DNA from: Gemmatimonadota bacterium
Lineage (GTDB): Bacteria; Gemmatimonadota; Gemmatimonadetes; Palauibacterales; Palauibacteraceae
NCBI GenBank assembly: GCA_963666735.1
Contig: OY762926.1
Coordinates: 416,001 to 480,000 of the forward strand
DNA length: 64,000 nt
Reading direction: 5' to 3'
Under the pieces are notes generated by a model, which had not been told where the DNA came from, made no database searches, and saw only the letters and a program-made list of their open reading frames with translations. The number at the start of each line of letters is the position of its first letter. Within the stretch, counting starts at the first letter, position 1. This document shows positions 57,607 to 64,000 of this stretch, piece by piece. The translations under genes were made by a program, and so were the position numbers.

Positions 57607-58691
57607 CCCGGAACGATAATCGCCTTCGTGACGGCGAGCCGCTCGACATCGGCGAGCGCCTGAGCGGTGTCCTCGAGGTCGTATTCTCCCCCGATCACGC
57701 GGGCGAAGGGAAGGCGGTGTCGGGCGAGCAGGTCCAGCGCGCGTGAGACGTGCGGCAGTTCGGTTCCCCAGCGTCCCTTCACGGTCGCGTGCTTCCGGTT
57801 GATGTCGAGGTGCGGGTTGATGGAGACGGGTCCGGCGTCCGTGTAGTGGCCCGCCACGACGTAGGTGCCTCCGTCGCGGAGGAGGGCGAACCCCTCCGGG
57901 ATCGCGGCCGGGTTGCCGCTCGCCTCGATGACGACATCGGCGCCCCGGCCCTCCGTGAGGCCGGCCACGCTTGCCGACCGGCCGGGGCCCGACGTTTGGC
58001 TCAGGGAGAGGGTGACGTCGGCGCCCATCGCGGTGGCGAGGTCGAGGCGATCGCCGGGGTCGCCGATGACCGCGAGGAGGCCGCAGCCCCTGACCCGGGC
58101 GAAGGCGGCTGCCGCGAGGCCGACGGGGCCGGAGCCCTGGACGACGACCGTGTCGCCCGGCCGCAGGTCCGATCGCTCGACAGCTCCGAAACCGGTGAAG
58201 AGCCCGCAGCCGCCTCCGATGACGTCCGCTGTCGCGAGTCCCTCGGGCAGCTTGAAGATGGACGTGTCGGCGGTGAGCCGCATGGAGGTCGCCCACCCTC
58301 CGAGCAGTCCCTCGCGGGCGCTGAACGTGATGCCGTAGACGCGGCGGTGCGGGCACAGGTTCGGCTGCCGCGCCGCGGAACAGTAGAAGCAGCGGTGGCA
58401 TGTGCCCACCACGTCGAAGAAGGTGACGGTGTCCCCCTCCGCGAGCGGCCGCCCCGCGGCGTCGAAGCTCGGTCCGCGGGTCTCCCGCACGCGTCCCACG
58501 CTCACGTGCCCCGGGATGATGGGCCAGGGGACGCCGGCAAGGCGCCCGTGGAAGAGGTGGACATCGGTTCCGCACACCTCGCTCGCCTCGATCTCCAGCC
58601 ACGTCTCGCCCGGTCCGAGGTCGGGGTCATCGAAGTCCCGAATCTCGAGCGGCTGTCCCGGTCCCGTCATCACTGACGCGCGTTGTGGCAC
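57603..58691 (-). CDS. Zn-dependent alcohol dehydrogenase
   Basis: VCGTDVH, IPGH, CHRCFYC...C, QGSGPVG. Confidence 0.9.
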   Translation of the reverse strand: MPQRASVMTGPGQPLEIRDFDDPDLGPGETWLEIEASEVCGTDVHLFHGRLAGVPWPIIPGHVSVGRVRETRGPSFDAAGRPLAEGDTVTFFDVVGTCHRCFYCSAARQPNLCPHRRVYGITFSAREGLLGGWATSMRLTADTSIFKLPEGLATADVIGGGCGLFTGFGAVERSDLRPGDTVVVQGSGPVGLAAAAFARVRGCGLLAVIGDPGDRLDLATAMGADVTLSLSQTSGPGRSASVAGLTEGRGADVVIEASGNPAAIPEGFALLRDGGTYVVAGHYTDAGPVSINPHLDINRKHATVKGRWGTELPHVSRALDLLARHRLPFARVIGGEYDLEDTAQALADVERLAVTKAIIVPG

Positions 58692-58765
58692 TTCGCCTCC
58701 CGTCCGCGGAGTTCTCAGGTCGGCTTCCGTCGCGTATCATACGGCCTCACCAGCGGGAGATGAGA

Positions 58766-60043
58766 ATGTTCGGAGCCCACATGCGAAACCGTAAGCGAGC
58801 CCGTTTCGGCGGGCCGATCCGTTCCCTCGCCGTCGCCGCGGTCCTGTTCGGGTGCGTCGGCGAGGCGGAACGCCAGATGTCGTTGGAGTCGGGAGACGTG
58901 GAGTTCGAGCGGCCCTCCCCGAGCGGCGAGCCGTCCCTGGCCCTTGGGGCCGAGGGCCGCGCGATCCTGACATGGATCGAGCCGGAGGACGGCGTGTCCG
59001 CGCTGCGACTGGCGATTCGCGACGGAGGCGGCTGGTCCGCCCCGCGTACCGTGTGGGCGTCGGAGGCGATGTTCGTGAACTGGGCGGATTTCCCCTCGTC
59101 GGTCGAGATGCCCGACGGCACCCTCGCCGTCCACTGGCTGGAGAAGGTCGCCGACGCGCCGTACGCGTACCACGTCATGCTGGCGCTTTCTTCGGATGAC
59201 GGGATGACGTGGACGGAGCCGCTCCGCGCCCACGACGACGAGTCTCCGACCGAGCACGGCTTCGTGTCGATGGTCCCGTGGCGGGACGGCGCGGGGCTCA
59301 CATGGCTCGATGCCCGCGCGATGGCGGGCGAGTCCGGCGGGGGCGAGCACGTGGGGGGCGAGGGCGGAGTGGAGCGTGGAGCCATGTCCGTCCGCTTCCG
59401 GACGCTCGCGCCGGACGGCCGGTTGGGCCCCGAAGTGCTGCTCGACGACCGGACGTGCGAGTGCTGCCAGACGGCCCTGGCCCGGGTCGGGGACGGGTTG
59501 GTCGCCGCCTACCGCGACCGGAGCGAGTCCGAAGTCCGCGACATCGCCGTGGTGCGCGGGGCGGGGGAGCGCTGGACGGAGCCCGCTCCGCTGTCGACCG
59601 ACGGCTGGGTCATCCCCGGCTGCCCCGTGAACGGGCCGCAGTTGAGCGGCGACGGAGGGGCGCTCGTCTCGGCCTGGTACACGGGCGTCGGCGGCACGCC
59701 GCAGGTGTACGTCACCTTCTCCGGAGACGGCGGTGCGACCTTCGGCCCCCGCATCCGAGTCGACGAGGGGCTGCCGCTGGGCCGCGTGGACATCGAGCGA
59801 CTCGAAGACGGTTCGGCGGTCGTCGTGTGGCTCGAAGCCTCGAGCGACACGCCGCGCGTCCTCGCCCGTCGCGTCCATCCCGATGGGTCGCTGGAGGCCC
59901 CGCTCCTGATCTCGGAGACCGCCGGCGAACGCTCGAGCGGATTCCCGCGCATGGCGCGGCTGGGGGACGAACTCCTGTTCGCGTGGACGATTCCCGGCGA
60001 GGGTGGCGGCGTCCGCGTCCGCGCCGTCCGACTCTCCGACTGA
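58766..60043 (+). CDS. BNR/sialidase-like beta-propeller lipoprotein
   Basis: FVNWADFP, Asp-boxes SSDDGMTW and SGDGGATF, CECC, GCPVNGP. Confidence 0.8.
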   Translation: MFGAHMRNRKRARFGGPIRSLAVAAVLFGCVGEAERQMSLESGDVEFERPSPSGEPSLALGAEGRAILTWIEPEDGVSALRLAIRDGGGWSAPRTVWASEAMFVNWADFPSSVEMPDGTLAVHWLEKVADAPYAYHVMLALSSDDGMTWTEPLRAHDDESPTEHGFVSMVPWRDGAGLTWLDARAMAGESGGGEHVGGEGGVERGAMSVRFRTLAPDGRLGPEVLLDDRTCECCQTALARVGDGLVAAYRDRSESEVRDIAVVRGAGERWTEPAPLSTDGWVIPGCPVNGPQLSGDGGALVSAWYTGVGGTPQVYVTFSGDGGATFGPRIRVDEGLPLGRVDIERLEDGSAVVVWLEASSDTPRVLARRVHPDGSLEAPLLISETAGERSSGFPRMARLGDELLFAWTIPGEGGGVRVRAVRLSD

Positions 60044-60071
60044 ATCGCGCCGGGGTCGGTCCAGGCCGCGA

Positions 60072-61316
60072 TCACCCGCGGCGGCGCTCGAGGATCGCGC
60101 GGAAGGAGCGGGTCTCGAGTTCCTCCCTCGTGAGCCCCGAGCGCGCCGCCTCTTCCGCCGTCAGGGCGCCGCTCGCGAGCCCGCGCAGGAAGAAGTTCAG
60201 GAGGCCCTGGCCCGAGGCTTCGTCGTCGAACACGGATCCCGTGAGGACGGCCTGTCCGGCGGCGGACACGAAGCGGTCGAGGCGGCTCGCGGCCGCGTCC
60301 AGGCCCTCGATGAAGAAGGAGAAGACGGCCGCGTAGCGGGAGACGAGTTGTGCGGGATGCAGGTCCCAGCTCTGGTAGAAGCCCTGGCTCAGAGACCGCC
60401 GAACATCGGAGTAGTGCAGGCGCCATGCGTCGTGGACGACCGCCGCGTTCTCCGCCCGCTCGGCCGGCGAGGTCGCCGTCGTTCCTCGATGCGGTTCGAC
60501 GGGCAGCACATTCGTCGCCCCGTCCGAAAGCTGGATGCCGGTCCCGCCGAGAGAGAGCTGAAGGATCTGCCTCGCCATGTCGCACAACGGGTGCCCCAGC
60601 GTCTGCGCTTCCGCCGCCACCGCCACGGCGCCCGTGAGGTCGTACGCGCCGAGATGTACGGTGCGGCACCGCCCCCCCGCCGCCGCCACAAGGTCGGGCG
60701 CCGCGATCCGCCCGTCCGGCGCCACGAGCGACTGCGGCGTCTCGATCATGAGGTCGATGGCCACCCGCCTCTCCGGCAGGTCGAGCGCCGCCTCGAGCCG
60801 ATCCAGCGCCCCGGCGAGCCGTTCCACCTGCCGTGCCGCGGCGATCTTGGGAAGAAGCACGGCGAAACCGTCCGGCAGGTCGCGCCGGGTCCGGGCGAAC
60901 GCGGCAAGGAAGAGTTCCAGCGTGCGGAGCGCCCGCTCCCCCGTGACTTCGGACAGGGATTTGATGCGGATTCCGAGCGAGGATGGGAGACTGTGGGCCG
61001 CGACCCCCGCCGCGACCTCCTCCGCGGCCGTTGCCGCCGCTTCGTCTTCTTCCGCCTCGGACCGGGCACCGAACCCATCTTCGAAGTCGATCAGAAAGTT
61101 CTCGACGGGCGCACGTTCGAGCCTTGCGCGCACGCGCCCGTGCACCGCCTCCGCGATCCCGGAAGGAAGGCGATTTCCGAGCGCCTCCCCGAGAGCGGCG
61201 GGGTCCGCCGCGTACCGGTCGAGATAGCGCCCGGCGATCCGTCCGAGCTTCGCCGCCGTATCTCGCCGGAAGAGGTGAGCCCCGCCGGCCACCGTGTGCA
61301 CGGGCTGTCTTATCAT
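60072..61316 (-). CDS. HpcH/HpaI aldolase/citrate lyase-like protein (DUF6986-like)
   Basis: RQPVHTV, IDFEDG, MIETP, SDGATN, WDLHPAQL. Confidence 0.8.
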   Translation of the reverse strand: MIRQPVHTVAGGAHLFRRDTAAKLGRIAGRYLDRYAADPAALGEALGNRLPSGIAEAVHGRVRARLERAPVENFLIDFEDGFGARSEAEEDEAAATAAEEVAAGVAAHSLPSSLGIRIKSLSEVTGERALRTLELFLAAFARTRRDLPDGFAVLLPKIAAARQVERLAGALDRLEAALDLPERRVAIDLMIETPQSLVAPDGRIAAPDLVAAAGGRCRTVHLGAYDLTGAVAVAAEAQTLGHPLCDMARQILQLSLGGTGIQLSDGATNVLPVEPHRGTTATSPAERAENAAVVHDAWRLHYSDVRRSLSQGFYQSWDLHPAQLVSRYAAVFSFFIEGLDAAASRLDRFVSAAGQAVLTGSVFDDEASGQGLLNFFLRGLASGALTAEEAARSGLTREELETRSFRAILERRRG

Positions 61317-61509
61317 GGGCTCAACTTCCGCGGCCCCGGGCGCCGCAGCAACGATCCGCTCGCCATCGCCCGGCGATCCGGCCGCGGCCACCCGAAAAAC
61401 TGGCGACAAGCCGGTTCGTCCCCTACGATTGCGGACGGTTGTTTCACCACGCGACTCACGGGCCGGGGAACGCAGTGCCTGTCGGGCGGGGTAAGCCCGG
61501 GGAGAAACG

Positions 61510-63348
61510 GTGGAGCCAACAAACGTCGGGAATCCCGACTACTACCATAAGGTCGTGGATTGTCAGTGGGCCTGCCCGGCCCACACGAACGTACCGGGTT
61601 ACATCCGCCTCATCGCGCAGGAACGGTACGACGACGCCTACATGCTCAACTGGGAGTCGAACGTCTTCCCGGGCATCCTCGGCCGGACGTGCGACCGCCC
61701 CTGCGAACCCGCCTGCCGGCGCGTAAGGGTCGAGGAGAAGCCGGTCGCGATCTGCCGCCTCAAGCGCGTCGCCGCCGATCTCCGGGGCGACATCACCCCC
61801 CGCTTCCCGGATATCCCGAAGAAGAAGAACGGAAAAAGGATTGCATGCGTGGGCTCGGGTCCCGCGTCGCTGACCGTCGCCCGCGACCTCATGCCGCTCG
61901 GCTACGAAGTCACGATCTTCGAGAAGAACGACCGGCCGGGCGGCCTCATGTGGACGAACATCCCGCAGTTCCGCCTGCCCCCCGAAGTGCTGTGGGAGGA
62001 GATCGACTACATCCTCGACATGGGCGTGGACATCCGCTACAACGCGCCCGTCGAAAGCATGAAGTGGCTGCTGGAGCAGGATTTCGACGCGGTTTTCGTC
62101 GGCTCCGGCGCCCCGCGCGGCAAGGAACTGCGCCTGCCGGGCCGGTACGATACGGACCACATCTACATCGGCATCGACTGGCTCGAATCCGTCGCCTTCG
62201 GGCACACGAACTCCATCGAGGAGAACGTGCTTGTCATCGGGGTCGGGAACACGGCCATGGACTGCTGCCGCACCTCGAAGCGGATCGGCGGCACGAACGT
62301 CAAGGTGATGGCCCGCAAGTCGAAGCCGTACTTCAAGGCTTCCCCCTGGGAACTGGAGGACGCCGAGGAAGAGCGGGTGGACATCGTCGAGAACCACTCG
62401 CCCACCGAGTTCGTCGTTGAGGACGGCGTCCTCAGGGGGATGAACTTCGACATCGTGGAGTGGCACGAGAACGACCAGGGCCGGCTCGTCTCGACCAAGC
62501 TTGACGAGATGTTCTTCCCGGCGGAAGCCGTGATTCTCGCCATCGGGCAGGAGACGGCCTTCCCCTGGATCGAGGACGACGCGGGAATCGAGTTCAACAA
62601 GTGGCGCGAGGCTGTCGTCGACCGCGCGACGTTCATGTCGACGCGCGAGGGCGTCTTCTTCGGCGGCGACGCGGCGTGGGGCCCGGAGAACATCATCTGG
62701 GCGGCCGAGCACGGGCACCAGGCGGCGATCTCCATCCACGCCTACTGCAACGGCGAAGATCTCCGGAAGCGTCCGCCCGAGCGCATGAACCTGGTCAGCG
62801 CCAAGATGGGGCTCCACGAGTGGAGCTACTCGAACGACTACGAGTACGCCGCACGGCGGAAGATGCGGCATGTCCGCCTGGAGGAGCGTCTCAAGAGCAT
62901 CGAGACGGAAGTGGAGGAGGGGTTCGACCTCGAGCAGACGCTGACGGAGGTCGAGCGCTGCCTGAACTGCGACATCCAGACGCACTTCACGGGGAATCTG
63001 TGCATCGAATGCGACGCCTGCATCGACATCTGTCCGCTCAGCTGTCTCACGATCACGCACAACGGGGAAGAAGCGGAACTCCGCACGCGGCTCACCGCGC
63101 CCGCCGAGAACGCGGACCAGGACATCTACGTCTCGGAGTCGCTGCCGCAGACGGCCCGCGTCATGGTGAAGGACGAGGACCTCTGCATTCACTGCGGGCT
63201 GTGCGCGGAGCGTTGTCCGACGGCGGCCTGGGACATGCGGACCTTCGATCTGCTCAAGCCGTACGCGGGGCAGGACGCGGAGCACCCCTACTCCGGGATG
63301 GGAATCGAGGAGATGTCGCCGGGCGGCTCCGTTTCGGTGACTCCCTGA
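61510..63348 (+). CDS. FAD-dependent oxidoreductase with 4Fe-4S clusters (GltD/SudA-like)
   Basis: CQWACPAH, GRTCDRPCEPAC, GSGPAS, two CxxCxxCxxxCP ferredoxin motifs. Confidence 0.92.
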   Translation: MEPTNVGNPDYYHKVVDCQWACPAHTNVPGYIRLIAQERYDDAYMLNWESNVFPGILGRTCDRPCEPACRRVRVEEKPVAICRLKRVAADLRGDITPRFPDIPKKKNGKRIACVGSGPASLTVARDLMPLGYEVTIFEKNDRPGGLMWTNIPQFRLPPEVLWEEIDYILDMGVDIRYNAPVESMKWLLEQDFDAVFVGSGAPRGKELRLPGRYDTDHIYIGIDWLESVAFGHTNSIEENVLVIGVGNTAMDCCRTSKRIGGTNVKVMARKSKPYFKASPWELEDAEEERVDIVENHSPTEFVVEDGVLRGMNFDIVEWHENDQGRLVSTKLDEMFFPAEAVILAIGQETAFPWIEDDAGIEFNKWREAVVDRATFMSTREGVFFGGDAAWGPENIIWAAEHGHQAAISIHAYCNGEDLRKRPPERMNLVSAKMGLHEWSYSNDYEYAARRKMRHVRLEERLKSIETEVEEGFDLEQTLTEVERCLNCDIQTHFTGNLCIECDACIDICPLSCLTITHNGEEAELRTRLTAPAENADQDIYVSESLPQTARVMVKDEDLCIHCGLCAERCPTAAWDMRTFDLLKPYAGQDAEHPYSGMGIEEMSPGGSVSVTP

Positions 63349-63361
63349 CGGAGTGGCCGAC

Positions 63362-64000
63362 ATGAAGACGGTCCGCGTGAACGACTTCGCGCTCAAGATC
63401 GGCACCGTGAACGGCACCGGCTCCGCGAGCGCCAACGGCCTCATCATGCAGTCGATTTTCCGAATGGGGGTCCCCGTGTCGGGGAAGAACGTCTTCCCCT
63501 CGAACATCCAGGGCCTCCCCACCTGGTACGAGATCCGCGTGAACCGGTCGGGCCATGTGGCGCGCACGCCGGACTTCGACCTCATCGTGGCGATGAACCC
63601 GGAGACCTACGCCCGGGACATCGAGGAACTCGTCCCCGGCGGCTGGCTGCTGTACGACTCGAGTTGGCCCATGGCGGATACGCTGCGGCGTGAGGACGTG
63701 AACTTCCTCGGCATCCCGCTGGCAGAGATGTGCGTGAGGACCTTTGACGGCGGCCGCACGCGCATCCTGATGAAGAACATCGCCTATACCGGCGCCCTCG
63801 CCGCCCTCCTCGACATGGACATGGCGGTGATCCGCGGACTGCTTGAGGAGACCTTCGGCGAAAGGAAGCGGCACCTGCTCGACGCGAACTTCGAGGCGAT
63901 CCGACTCGGCTACGACCACGCGGCCGAGAATTTCGAGTGCCCCCTGCCGATCCGGCTCGAGGAGATGGATGCCACGCGCGACTCGATTCTGATCGACGGC
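63362..64000 (+). CDS. 2-oxoacid:acceptor oxidoreductase subunit alpha (runs off window)
   Basis: VNDFALKIGTVNGTGSASAN, KNVFPSNIQGLPTWYEIR. Confidence 0.9.
   Translation, partial: MKTVRVNDFALKIGTVNGTGSASANGLIMQSIFRMGVPVSGKNVFPSNIQGLPTWYEIRVNRSGHVARTPDFDLIVAMNPETYARDIEELVPGGWLLYDSSWPMADTLRREDVNFLGIPLAEMCVRTFDGGRTRILMKNIAYTGALAALLDMDMAVIRGLLEETFGERKRHLLDANFEAIRLGYDHAAENFECPLPIRLEEMDATRDSILIDG

Overview
High-GC bacterial DNA. The gene repertoire (exported beta-propellers, PQQ, FG-GAP and carboxypeptidase-regulatory proteins, several toxin-antitoxin modules) resembles Gemmatimonadota, possibly a marine host-associated lineage; this is inference only. Most of the window is ordinary metabolism and transport: nudC, recQ, lepB, a CusA/CusB-type efflux pair, SolA-like oxidase, amidohydrolases, and GltD-like plus 2-oxoacid oxidoreductase genes. 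Three things stand out. (1) At ~6.7-16.1 kb lies a decaying or remodelled anti-phage defence island. It contains what appear to be in-frame collapsed remnants of a helicase/methyltransferase system, an AlbA_2 ATPase, a low-GC AbiJ-NTD-like/NDT-like gene split cleanly by an intact IS3 (3-bp AGA duplication, rejoins in frame), a Fic gene, a DUF1998-nuclease-S24 protein bracketed by 39-bp direct repeats, and a UDG-like gene. (2) A UGSC-family selenoprotein is missed by the ORF track. It has an in-frame UGA (U-G-S-C-T-S-C) followed by a canonical bacterial SECIS hairpin and is translationally coupled to a thioredoxin-fold partner. (3) Several genes look like in-frame N-terminus/C-terminus fusions that lack their catalytic middles. 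No rRNA, tRNA or CRISPR array was seen. All family calls come from motif recognition without database searches.
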